From Octopus vulgaris (lineage: Eukaryota): DNA of 64,000 nt. The stretch's first letter is position 1; the number at the start of each line of letters is the position of its first letter. A program made the translations under genes and the position numbers. Where the stretch lies: positions 63,736,001-63,800,000 of the forward strand of contig OX597814.1 of NCBI GenBank assembly GCA_951406725.2, given 5' to 3'. This document shows positions 1-11,425 of this stretch, one piece after another. A model generated the notes under the pieces. It had not been told where the DNA came from. It searched no databases and saw nothing but the letters and a program-made list of their open reading frames with translations.

Positions 1-21
1 AGGGAAGAATAAACTAATATT

Positions 22-215
22 TGTTTCAAATTTTGGCACAAAGCCACTAATTTCGGGAGAGTGGGGTAAGTTGATTACAACGACCTTGGTATTCAATTGG
101 TACTTATTTTATCCATCTCGAAAGGATAAAAGGCAAAGCCGACCTCGGCAGCATTTGAACTCAGAATGTAAATATGCTGGAAATGCCAAACATTTTGCTC
201 GGTGTGTGTTTCTGT
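22..215 (-). mobile_element. Degenerate tRNA-derived SINE (Nin/Deu-domain-like family)
   Basis: GTACTTATTTTATC..CGAAAGGATAAAAGGCAAAGCCGACCTCGGC..ATTTGAACTCAGAA is the reverse complement of a B-box (GAGTTCAAAT) plus the Nin-like central domain. Related + strand pieces lie at 16900-17235. Family name is from recall. Confidence 0.7.
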
Positions 216-624
216 CATACTCAAATTTAGAAAACAAACCTCTAAAGTTAGAAATGTATTGTTTTTCTTGTGCAGATGAGCTATCATGAATTTTTAAAAT
301 CAAATTCACATTTGATATTTCAAAACGTTGATATGACATTCGCTTTTGCTTTAATGGTTCTGAAAATGGTGATTGGTACTTCTCCTTTATCATCTTTCAG
401 TTGATATTTTTTATTTGTCCTTCACTATGGAATATTTAAAGCAACATTAAATCTTGGTACCTGAGATTAATCGCAGAATGTTCATATTATAGTTACCATT
501 GTCATTGTCGCACGCCTCGCACCGCTTAAAGATAGTTACCATCTTGTATTTATGGAAATTTGCGTAAACTGTTTGAAAAGTTCATTCTCCTGTTGATGCA
601 ACAAAGTTTCAGCTGAACTGACTG

Positions 625-738
625 AACCAGTGTGAAATGAAGTGCCTTGCTCAAGAACAGAATATGGTGACTGATTCTAGAATCAAATCCATGTCCTCAC
701 CATCGGACAATCCAACAGTCTAACCACTAGACCACGCT
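625..738 (-). mobile_element. Degenerate tRNA-derived SINE head fragment
   Basis: Minus strand reads GTGGTCTAGTGGTTAGA (A-box-like) ... TTCTTGAGCAAGGCACTTCATTTCACACTGG. Confidence 0.5.
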
Positions 739-1005
739 CATTCATCCAGTTTAATACTTCTTTTTATGGCTTAGTCAAATGAAAGAGGTACTGGGCTATA
801 ACCTTGGAAGTCTTGTCTCATAATTGTACGTCTGTAGGAGATAGGCATATGAAGTGATGTGGTTAAAAATATGCACTTTGGGAGATAACTATGGGTGATT
901 TATAGTCGAAGTGTCAAGAGACGTGCAGACGAGTGTTTGACGTGAGCGGGAGGACGAAATTGTTTTACGTATCTTATAAGCTCCTGAGGTATTTATGCAT
1001 ATACA

Positions 1006-1008
<3 letters not shown>

Positions 1009-1083
<75 letters not shown>
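1009..1083. repeat. (TA)n microsatellite, representative of dozens of (TA)n/(CA)n/(TATG)n/(TATC)n tracts in the window
   Basis: Directly visible. These tracts generate most of the spurious ORFs in the track. Confidence 0.98.
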
Positions 1084-1087
<4 letters not shown>

Positions 1088-1102
1088 CATACATATATAT
1101 GT

Positions 1103-1648
1103 ATATGGTGGCTGCCCCCTCGTTATCGAGTATGGCCATTGCGCGAAGCTTAATCAATGTTGTTATCGTGCAATGCCTGTGCAAGAAGATTTTTTTTAAA
1201 GTGAGGAAAGGCTGTGCACTGAGTCAATCCCACTCACTAAGCAACAGGAGCCATAATCCTAAAAGAAGAACAACTCAACATCATCGGTAACCACTGAGCC
1301 GAAAGTTTTATGTCGGAGTTATCCCAGTTACCAGAGTTACCTTCTCCCAGAAGGATGCCCTAACAAAGGCTAGGAGTCCTTCACTCCCAATGGTTTAACC
1401 GCGCGATCGGGGTATTCAGTCCGATTATTTCTATGTCCCTGCGTATGATACAGCCTTAAGACATTTATTGGATGGCCGTTGACTCTTAAGAGTTCCTCCG
1501 CCCTTTGACGGGCTTTGTTTTTCATCCCGCAGGGTGTCCAATAAACATCCTCCTCACCAAGCAAGCTTGGTGGGGTTGCCGGTTTAGTCGCCGACGACCC
1601 AACCATGCAACAGGTTGTACTGGGTTACATGTTACCAGTAGCACTCGA
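1103..1648 (-). mobile_element. Non-autonomous, non-coding RTE-derived element (5'UTR-like part joined to RTE-like 3' end)
   Basis: GC-richer island between (TA)n tracts. Minus strand has GGGCATCCTTCTGGGAGAAGGTAACTCTG (resembles the RTE/BovB 5'UTR motif) and ends CATACTCGATAACGAGGGGGCAGCCACCA plus a short-repeat tail (RTE-type 3' end). No RT/EN coding sequence. Confidence 0.55.
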
Positions 1649-1723
1649 AAGTATATATATATATATATATATAGCTATATAATATATTATAACTAATATA
1701 TATATATAGTTATATTATGCCAT

Positions 1724-2450
1724 GTACATGCCAGAAATATACGTCAAATGACTCTAGGAACCACTTCAAAATACATTCGAAAGTTGAGGAAAGGAATAAA
1801 AGAGATTTAGTAAAATTTTTTAAGGTTAATTTTAGATCATGTGATTTCTGCTTTAGTAATACGATTACTTTGCTGTCATCAGTAGAATATACCAAAAGCA
1901 TATAAATGTAAATATATACATACATACCCATACACATATATATGAATATATACTCATACATATATTTACACGCACATACGAGGCAGATCCGATTATATAT
2001 CTCAACTAAGTACGTATATATATTAATTTTTACCTATATGGTTTTCTTACACGCTGGCCACTGCAAAAATCTTAATTGATTTTATTCTTAATTATGTATG
2101 CATATATATTTATTTATTTACTCCGATCCTGATATTTACTGCGGTATGATCAAATATGCACGCTGTTGAGGTGAATCAGATTTGCCTAGTATATATGTGT
2201 GAATATATGTATGTATAGGTATATATATACGGATGTATTTGTACGGGTATGTATCCATATTTACAATTATATACTTTTGGTATATTCCACTGAAGTCGGT
2301 ATTACCAAACCAGAAATCGGATAATCAAAAATTAACCTCAAAAGATTTTTACTAAATCTCTTTTATTCATTTCCTCGCTTTCAATATTCTGCTAATTGAG
2401 TGTATTTTGAAGTGATTTTTAGTGTAATTTGACGTCTATCTCTAGCATGT
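1724..2450. repeat. Old imperfect inverted repeat (arms ~1724-2005 and ~2165-2450), PLE pLTR-like
   Basis: ACGTCAAAT..CACTTCAAAATACA..GAATAAAAGAGATTTAGTAAAA (left) matches the reverse complement of TTTTACTAAATCTCTTTTATTC..TGTATTTTGAAGTG..ATTTGACGT (right). Confidence 0.85.
1830..1887 (-). ncRNA. Type I hammerhead ribozyme-like motif (partly decayed)
   Basis: Minus: TTCTA-CTGATGA-cagcaaAGTAATcgtATTACTaaagca-GAAA-TCAcaTGA-TC-TAAAA. Confidence 0.55.
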
Positions 2451-2505
2451 AGGTGATGTTTTCTCAGAATGCTTAATTACAATGATATTTATATATATAT
2501 ATATA

Positions 2506-2553
<48 letters not shown>

Positions 2554-2594
2554 ATCTATCTATATATCTATCTATCAATTTATCTATCTATCTA

Positions 2595-2660
<66 letters not shown>

Positions 2661-2683
2661 CGTAAATACACACACACACACAT

Positions 2684-2743
<60 letters not shown>

Positions 2744-2971
2744 ATAAGTTGATAGGTAGGTATGGACACAAATATATACTTAATAAGAAAGTTTAATTAA
2801 AAGATCATGAAAAAATACTTCATACCACTGAAAATAAATTTAAAATAATTCAAAAATGCACTAGAATTTCAACTTTATATACTTTCTAAGTATAATATCC
2901 ATCAATGTTTGCGTATAGTTTTAATGTAAAGTATATATGTAAAATATATAAAGTATATATATATATATATG

Positions 2972-3009
<38 letters not shown>

Positions 3010-3116
3010 TCGGGGTGAGTACTTGATAATTATAAGCACCTGTGTATACCGTTTAGTGGTGTAGGTGGTGGAGTAAATTGATCAAAATAAAATAAAAACA
3101 TGATGCGAAGGATTCA

Positions 3117-3194
3117 GCGGTACATATGTTTCGGGCCTTTATTAGACAGATTTATAACAATGCATAATGTATGTCTGTGGCCTTCTTCAGCCGC
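3117..3194 (-). ncRNA. Type I hammerhead ribozyme (mirror copy in left arm)
   Basis: Exact reverse complement of the motif at 3468-3545. Confidence 0.8.
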
Positions 3195-3467
3195 GCACAA
3201 CAGCTTCCACAAGGACATGTGTTACATCAAAAATTCTTGGTTGGGGATGCAAATCCTCTCATTCACGTACGACATAATGCGGCAGCAGCATAGAATTGAA
3301 GCGTCCATCTCTTTCTTCTCTCAATGTAGAATGTACATTGAGAGAAGAAAGAGATGGACGCTTCAATTCTATGCTGCTGCCGCATTATGTCGTACGCGAA
3401 TGAGAGGATTTGCATCCCCAACCAAGAATTTTTGATGTAACACATGTCCTTGTGGAAGCTGTTGTGC

Positions 3468-3545
3468 GCGGCTGAAGAAGGCCACAGACATACATTATGC
3501 ATTGTTATAAATCTGTCTAATAAAGGCCCGAAACATATGTACCGC
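3468..3545 (+). ncRNA. Type I hammerhead ribozyme with palindromic minimal stem III
   Basis: GCGG-CTGAAGA-aGGCC...GGCCc-GAAA-CATATG-TA-CCGC. Stem I GCGG/CCGC, core CUGAAGA/GAAA, GUA cleavage triplet (predicted cut after 3541). Confidence 0.8.
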
Positions 3546-3562
3546 TGAATCCTTCGCATCAT

Positions 3563-3601
<39 letters not shown>

Positions 3602-3899
3602 AAGTATAAAGTATATATATATATATAATATTAGTTTTTAAGCATGATTATTGTCATGGTCACCAAATGGTTGTATGTTTCATTAACTAATTTTACGAAA
3701 TTAAAAACAAGCTATTGGTGATTTATTGTCGAATTCATGTTTTACACATGAATTAAATTTTCACATGATATGCACATCATTTTTTAATCATGATTTTGAA
3801 TGCAAACACATTCATGGTTAATAATCATTTTGTTCTTAAATTCTATAAAATGCTTCTGCCTATTTTAATAAAAACTAAAACAAAATAATAATATATAAT

Positions 3900-6390
3900 A
3901 TAAAATGGCCACAGATTTTGTAGTATGGTTATTCATCAGAATTCTAACCAGCATTTTATAACTTGGATTCCGTAATTTCTTATATAAATTTACGATCTCA
4001 AATGAAGCAATATACGCATTTACGCATTTTCGTTCTGAATGTTTGCTAGATAATCGAGAATTTCCGTATCGATTCTTACAAAGCTCTCTATATGGCTTCA
4101 GCGAAATGCCTGGACAATACTCAGTGACATGTTTCGCATGCCGAACCTCCTATAATGGTAAGGATCTAGGTGTACAAATGTATCTATCAAGGGTCTGAAT
4201 AAGGGTTTTTTCAAAGGATGCAATGAAAGTATGTCAAATATTTCAATGTGTTTTATTTTGACCGATATTGCCTTTTGAAATACGCTGTTGATCCTTTAAT
4301 CCGACAAAGTTTGTCCCCTTTACGTTCATTCATGTAAATTTTTGCCACATGTATAGCTATCTAATTTGCTGATGATGCAGTGGGTTTGTTCACAGAATAA
4401 ATTTAGTTTATGATATCCTAAAACTAGGTTTGCATAAAAATAGGCGCATATACAAACTACACCTTAATTTTGTTGTTAGGCGGCCTGAAAGAACACAAAT
4501 AATACTCTGATGTCCATTTGTAACACGTTTCATAGTCATAAGGTCTGGTTATTCATTAGAAGTCTAACCAGCATTTGGTACCTTCGATTCAATAATTGCG
4601 TGCAATATTCTTTATAACTTTACAGTCTCAAATGAAGCAATATAAGCATTTTCATTCAAAGTGTTTACTAGCTAATCGAGAATATCATTATCGACTCTTG
4701 TAGAGCTCTGTATATGGCTTTAGCGATATGCGTGGACCATTACTCAGTGATATGTTTCGCATGCCGAGCCACCTATAATATGCTTCAAAATTTTTTTTAT
4801 CATTTGATGAGCAATATCAACATACATAACTTGAGTATAATATTTCGCATATTTGATTTACATTTGAGTATCTTTTGGTAATCCATAGAAGTTACTTGTT
4901 TTATACGATAGTCTCGTACTTTATTTGAAACTCTTTTGATAAAAATGTAATAAATTGGTGAATTGTTTCATAACTTTAGTACGTTTCTGGATTCCTCCTC
5001 CTAGCATGCTAACTACCCTGTTTGTATAATACCCTGTATCCATAAGAACAAAAATTTCCATACCGGTCTCTCGTAACTATATTTGTTTAATTTTAAATCC
5101 GTCAGAAATCTTTATTGTCCCTTGACAAATTTAGACTTGTATTGTTTCTATAGTTACTAGCCAAAATGCCGATATTTTTGCAAAATTTATCGATCAGTAC
5201 GTTTCCAATAGTTGGGATGGTATAAGCGAACTTTCGATGTTCGACGAAATTTCCAAAAACTTTCTGTATTTTCCGGTATATTTCATTCTTAATGTGTCTG
5301 TAAGTGTCACTCCTTTACTAAGTTTATATATATATATATATATGTATATTCGATTGTTAATATTTTATTCTAAATCTCTTAATACTGTGATACATTAGCT
5401 GTCCCTGTATTCCTGGTTTGGGTCTGAAATTTGATTAGTATTACGTCATTTCACTTCATTATATATATTATTAAATTTTATGATGCAATAATTTCTGTGA
5501 TCCTTTTATATTTTGTATCAATCAAAATGTTATATTTTTAAACTATTCCTTATAAATTGCTTTGTTCTTTGATTTTCCAACTCATATTTTTCTAAAATTT
5601 AGATTCCTACCTGCTGATCTATCGATTTGATTCTGCCAATGTTTACTTCTTTCTTGTGGTTTTAGAAACTACTTGTTCTAAGATATGGATTTATATTTGT
5701 CGATTTCGACCTTACAACTCAACGGTAAAGTATGTCTATGAAAATATTTCTTTTGTCATAAGACGTACTCTTTTGGCTTGTTTTGTTTTTGTCTGTGTCA
5801 GCTGGAACCACTGCGTCGTGTTTGTTTAATGATTTCAGCATAGTCTGTTTATATAATATTTTATTTTTTTAATAATTTCAGGATTGTCTTCCTGTTCTTC
5901 AAGATTTAAAACCCAACTTACACTCTTTTTAATTCTTTGTCATGAAACCTTTGTTCTAACATATTTGCTTCCATAATTTACAAATCTGGTTTAGTAAAAT
6001 CACATAACATTTTTTGAACTTCTAATAATTACTTATTCAATTATATTTTTGCATTTCTATTTACTTGCATTTTCTCTCGGTTTCTTTAATTCCATTTACC
6101 TTTTTATTTTCTCATGCAAATCTTTTGGTCGTAGTTATAAATATCTTGGTAAGACCAGTGAAATTCAGGTAAATCAACCTTCCATTTCTCAGCACATTCC
6201 ACAACCGAAAATTTCTGAGGCTAAAATGACGAGTTTGAATCTTCGATACAGGCTTATAGAATTCATGCATCACTTTCTGAAACGGTTCTCTTCAACCGAA
6301 TTTCACTCACAAGCATTGGCTTGGATTTAATCGAAGTTATAGAAATGACATTTTTTTACGATACCACATATTGGCATTGAATCCATAACC
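3900..6390 (-). pseudogene. Heavily decayed Penelope-like element RT and N-terminal region, with the RT segment present twice (~3930-4158 and ~4550-4780)
   Basis: Minus-strand translation gives IIGGSACETYH...LNENAYIASF, resembling the PLE RT motif PIIxGPxCETxxLS...LxSFDV. Many stops and frameshifts. Confidence 0.65.
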
Positions 6391-6391
6391 C

Positions 6392-6495
<104 letters not shown>

Positions 6496-7092
6496 TTGTT
6501 TGTCTACATATTTACATACACGCATATGTATGTATATATGTATGTATATGTGTATGTAACCTTGCATGAAGACATAGACGCAAGAAGACGTACATGAGGT
6601 AATATAGTTCCGTTAAATCAATATTTTGGCAATCTGTCTGTGGATTACAGATTTCTTTCCCACCAGTAAGAGGAAACCAACAAAGCTCTGTACGTAGAAT
6701 TTGTTTTAGGTACACAGAAGCTACTTGTACAGTTCTAAATGAGACTGTAAATTGAACAACGAAAACTACCTATTAAATATTGTTTGATATTACATGAAGG
6801 GATCTCTTTCACACTCATTTTTTTCTGACTCCTTTAATCATAATATTAGACGTATTATATTTAATGAACCATATCAGAAATAAATAAAAGTATTTTCGAG
6901 TCATAATTGATCGTTTGTCTATAGATGGTATCAAACAGTGTGGCGTAGATGAAACTAAGTTGAAATCCTGTTTTATATTGCTTACGAATTCTGTAGTGTA
7001 ATTGATATTAAACTTAGGTGAGAAAAGTTCAGCGGCGCAATTTTAACAAGAGACTAGTTAATTAGAAATCGGATGTATCTACATATGTATAC

Positions 7093-7155
<63 letters not shown>

Positions 7156-7193
7156 CATAAATACAGACATACATAATACAAATATTTATATAC

Positions 7194-7258
<65 letters not shown>

Positions 7259-7623
7259 ATATGTATGTATGTATGTATGTATACACACATACACATTAGA
7301 TGGATATAAAAAAGTGAGGTTTATATCAAGGGCAGATATACATAGTGTTAAAAGGAAATTAATTAACTAAAATATAAATAGATAGAAATGAAAAGTTTAA
7401 GAAGAATATAGAGTTTACATATACACTTAAGACGGAAGTAAATGCTAAAAATAAGGTAAAGTATATCGATACTCTACGTTCTGTATAATTAATTTATGGT
7501 TATAATATTCTTCACTAATTTGAGCGAGTTCACAAGATCAAATAGTGGAACGAAGTGGCTGAAGCGTTTATAGTGTAACCCCATCCTAACAAAAGTAAAT
7601 AGATAAATAAAAGAAACAGCATA

Positions 7624-7999
7624 GGCGCAGGAGTGGCTGTGTGGTAAGTAACTTGCTAACCAACCACATGGTTCCGGGTTCAGTCCCACTGCGTGGCACC
7701 TTGGGCAAGTGTCTTCTGCTATAGCCCCGGGCCGACCAATGCCTTGTGAGTGGATTTGGTAGACGGAAACTGAAAGAAGCCTGTCGTATATATGTATACA
7801 TATGTATGTGTGTGTGTGTGTGTGTGTTTGTGTTTGTCCCCCTAGCATTGCTTGACAACCGATGCTGGTGTGCTTATGTCCCCGTTACTTAGCGGTTCGG
7901 CAAAAGAGACCGATAGAATAAGTACTAAAGGCGGTGCCCCAGCATGGCCGCAGTCAAATGACTGAAACAAGTAAAAGAGAGAGAGAGAGAGAGAGAGAG
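7624..7999 (+). mobile_element. Near full-length tRNA/CORE-type SINE (octopus OR-like)
   Basis: GGCGCAGGAGTGGCTGTGTGGTAAG A-box, GGTTCAGTCCC B-box, CORE-like GTGGCACCTTGGGCAAGTGTCTT, internal (TG)n, tail GACTGAAACAAGTAAAAGAGA(GA)n. More than 10 relatives occur in the window. Confidence 0.92.
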
Positions 8000-8800
8000 C
8001 ATAAATATCTACTTTACAGCTACAAATTTATCTACTTACTTACTACAAATAGATTCAAAACATGAAGAAAATGAAACTACTAGAAACAGTTATCAGTCTC
8101 CCTGGAAGTCGAATATATTAAACAGATGGAAATGTAATTGATAGCTTTGATGAAATTATAGAAATAATAACTGTAAATAATAAACTAAAATCTAAATTAA
8201 GACAGACTACCAAATATTACGCAAAGAGCTTAATAGAAAAAAGTTGTTCATGGAAAATATCCCAAAATATTACAATAATCCTAGCCTTGAATTGAAAGTT
8301 TTTAGATAGCAGTTCAAAATCTCTCCTACTGTAGACGTTTTGAAATAACAAAATCACTCTCTGAACGTTGTATGTTACTATTTATTGGCACAGAACATCA
8401 CTAGTTTCCTCGGATTCTGGTTCTTTATTACACTATAACGTTGTTTGTTCAGTCTTAGCCAAACTAGTGTATAGAAATGGATATAACAGACGAACTTCAA
8501 TTTTGGAAACAGATTGGAAGTTTCATATTGTAGAAGCTTAGCCAGCTTTATAGAATGCAGACAGACGTAGTACAAATGCACAGAATAACAATGTGATATT
8601 TATCTGAAATATCATGTTTCACATAGGCAATGGGATTACTTCCCAGACATCACTGTCAAAGACAATCGACAAAATTTATACATTGATCTCAGTGGATGAC
8701 AGTGTATTTCGAAAGTGATACATCAATATATCATAGTGACCTAGCAATTTCAACTGATGAAATTCATACAGAACCCGAGCATAAACACGTAATAATAATG
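8000..8800 (+). pseudogene. Highly decayed R4/Dong-type LINE C-terminal (RLE) region
   Basis: Remnant peptides VHGKYP, PDITVKD and YIDLS match the RLE region seen in better-preserved copies at 23.4 and 55.1 kb. Ends in AATAATAAT. Confidence 0.5.
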
Positions 8801-8866
8801 GTATCCAGAATGTGGTAATCAACAACAACAAATAAAAGAAAACGAAGTTAACTCACACACACTCAC

Positions 8867-8901
<35 letters not shown>

Positions 8902-9164
8902 CACACGCACGCACACACTCACACATATATTCATAATATCAAAGGGAAATCAGAAATATGAGAAATTTCCATTACCAGTGGCCTAGTGTGTAGACATTTA
9001 GTCAATAGACTATTATTCATATAAATACAGTGTACATTTAAATACATAAGATGCATCCATCATATGACTCCTTGCACGCTAGAGAAAACAGTTAAATTCC
9101 AAACTACTATTAGGGATAAAATTTCGAAGGGAATGAAAAATATAAACAGTTACCTTCTAACTAT

Positions 9165-9232
9165 TGGACCAATGTTTTCAGACTTTTCTTTAGCAAATAA
9201 ATTAAGTTGCTAGGCGAAGTCTTCTTCAGCAG
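9165..9232 (-). ncRNA. Hammerhead-like motif (decayed stem III)
   Basis: Minus: CTG-CTGAAGA-AGACT...AGTCT-GAAA-acattgg-TC-CA. Confidence 0.6.
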
Positions 9233-9353
9233 GTACACCTTAGATTAAATATATATACACGAGGCAACCCAGTGTATGCCCCATGCTTATACATTCTAAT
9301 TTTTCAAATCTACCGCGCAAGCCTCGTGTATGTATATTTAATCTAAGGTGTAA

Positions 9354-9423
9354 CTGCTGAGGAAGACTTCGGCAAGCAAATTATTTTATTTCCTAAACAA
9401 ACAGTCTTAAACCATTGGTCCAG
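9354..9423 (+). ncRNA. Hammerhead-like motif (GAAA mutated to TAAA)
   Basis: CTG-CTGAGGA-AGACT...AGTCT-TAAA-CCATTGG-TC-CAG. The consensus of the two arms restores a canonical core. Confidence 0.6.
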
Positions 9424-9581
9424 GGTGTATGTTTTTTATTTTTCATTCCCTTCGAAATGTTATCCCTAATAGTAGTTTGGAATTTAACTGTTCTCTTTAG
9501 CGTGCAAGGAGTCCTATGATTGATGCCTCTTATGTGTTTAAATGTACACACACACACACACACACAGACACACACACACAT

Positions 9582-9646
<65 letters not shown>

Positions 9647-10276
9647 TCAGAGAATGTCAAGACGTATGAGAGGTGAAGATATTTATTTAGCCACTTGCTA
9701 TCCTTAGGATATGCCATGGCAAAGATAAATAGATATTTAACTAAAGCACCAGAATGCATGCTCGAAGAACGGATATACCTAAAACCGTAGAAAAGTATGT
9801 TACATATTGAACTAAATCAGACATTGAAATGTATACACGCATAGTTATACATATATGCGCACATAAATACACGGTAGCACTCTCATATATGTGCATTTGC
9901 TTCTGTGTGTGAGTTAGTGAGTAAGTGCGTGTGTGTGTGTGTGTGTGTATGTGTGTGTGTGTGTATGTGTGTTTGCGTGTATGTGTGTGTTTGTGTTTGT
10001 GTGTGTGTGTGTGTGCGCACGGAGGTGTCTGTGGGTGTACCAAAACGAAATTAAAATATAACAATGTAAAAATGTAGCAAATACCGAAATCTTTCATTGA
10101 ATGCTTTTACCGTTTCCTTTCATTCAAAATAAAACATACTGAAATGATAAAATAACAAACTTCGTTAAGAGATAAAATTATATACTGTAAATAAATGCAG
10201 CATGGAAGATATTCATAAGCTATTCAAGAACACATAAAAACCTTTCGTTTCACTTCAACATTTGATTTTCATTTGT

Positions 10277-10321
10277 GTCAAAATATTTTCGTCGCTTTGA
10301 AACAGTGACCAGTTCACTGAC
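10277..10321 (-). ncRNA. Hammerhead-shaped motif with non-canonical core, in a probable PLE pLTR relic (~10040-10360)
   Basis: Minus: GTCA-GTGAACT-gGTCaCtgtttcaaaGcGAC-GAAA-ATAT-TT-TGAC. Stems I/II and palindromic stem III are present, but the core is not CUGANGA. Confidence 0.45.
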
Positions 10322-10799
10322 AAAACTTGGCGCTGCATCTGAGAGAGTAACAGCTAGTTCATGATATATTTGCGTTCATGTATGTACGTATGTATTTATG
10401 TATGCATTATGTATGTTTGTATGTATGTATGTATGTATGTATGTATGTATGTATGTATGTATGTATGTATGTATGTGTGCATGTATGAATCTATGTATGT
10501 ATGGATATATCTATATGTGTACGTGCGCATGCATGTATTTAAGCATGTCCGAAATAAATAATTCATATAGATAATTTGCAACGCTTGTCAGTAAGCAGAC
10601 AGCGTTTCCCAAAACCTGTCGGCGTATATAGTTTCAATAATGTACTCATTTTACTAAGGGCTATTTCAATATTCTAGGTAAACTATTTAATGGGTATGCA
10701 TTTTTCTTCACAACTAATGAATACTATTATATAGCATGAACGAGTGTGTGTGTGTGCGTGTGCGTGATGGATTTTCTTGTCAACGACAAATAAGGGTAT

Positions 10800-11425
10800 A
10801 GTAAAATAAAGCGGTAATCATGTTCCGTAGACACGCTTATGTCGCTTGAGGCCAGCTGGTGTCCTGCAGACATTTTAGCAAACGGAACAAGTTGACTCAG
10901 TTTGCTCGAGTGTTTGTAGATCATTTACTACGTGTTTTCTTTGGTGAACGGCAAGGCCTACATTGTACCGTGTCACAAAATCACAATGACAGGTAAGGTT
11001 TTCATTTAGAGGAGCAACATTTTTTCATGCTTGTACGAAGTTGGTCCAGATGCTGGAGTTGACTTTGCCCAAATCTTTCAAAGGAAGGAAAGCAGGATTA
11101 GCACTAGGTCCTGCGTTCTGATGTTTTGTTGTCTCAGGATGAAAAGGGATTTTTGCATAGATTCACAATGTTTTAGTTTGTCTTTGAAGCGCAAGAATGG
11201 CCTTTCACCTGACCTTCATGTTGGGAATTGGTCAAAGAGAAGTTGCTTCAGAATTCTGATATTACTCTTACGTGAGAAATGACCGGACCATCTAAGCTGT
11301 ATTTTGAAGAAGACGGATTCAATATCTAATATATTGCAACTTGTTAGCACATCACTGTTACTAATATGGTCACTCGGTTTTATAACTCAAGCATTGCGTA
11401 TGAAAAGCGTCTAGCTGATTGATGT
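10800..11425 (-). pseudogene. RTE-clade LINE C-terminal fragment
   Basis: Minus translation ISNSDVLTSCNILDIESVFFKIQLRWSGHFSRKSNIRILKQLLF...ERPFLRFKDKLK matches the RTE LRWxGH..R.PKQLL..GRP..R.KD motif. Confidence 0.8.

Larger units (their letters stand above)
3096..3566. repeat. Near-perfect 471-bp palindrome (233-bp arms, 5-nt loop GAATG at 3329-3333, one mismatch), PLE pLTR fold-back inserted in (TA)n
   Basis: Arms are reverse complements, and the mirror ORFs 3100+ and 3562- are almost identical. The left arm appears to continue unpaired to ~3003. Confidence 0.97.
9030..9549. repeat. Imperfect inverted repeat (arms ~9030-9265 and ~9321-9549), PLE pLTR fold-back with a hammerhead motif in each arm
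   Basis: GACTCCTTGCACGCTA..CAGTTAAATTCCAAACTACTATTAGGGATAA pairs with TTATCCCTAATAGTAGTTTGGAATTTAACTG..TAGCGTGCAAGGAGTC. Confidence 0.92.

Noticed and set aside
3100-3562. Twin 111-aa and 99-aa ORFs on opposite strands
   Set aside because: A by-product of the palindrome. They read antisense through a ribozyme motif and show no protein motif.
4120-4142. GCGAAACATGTC on the minus strand resembling a hammerhead 3' half (also 4745-4765)
   Set aside because: No upstream CTGANGA or stem I. It lies in RT-coding sequence (ACET codons).
7624-7695. tRNA-like A/B boxes, also at 45600-45669 and 53546-53605
   Set aside because: These are SINE heads continuing into SINE bodies, not tRNA genes.
7489-7858. 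Recurrent ORFs such as MLGGQTQTH..., also at 44535, 53414 and 53636
   Set aside because: Chance frames in SINE copies, not a gene family.
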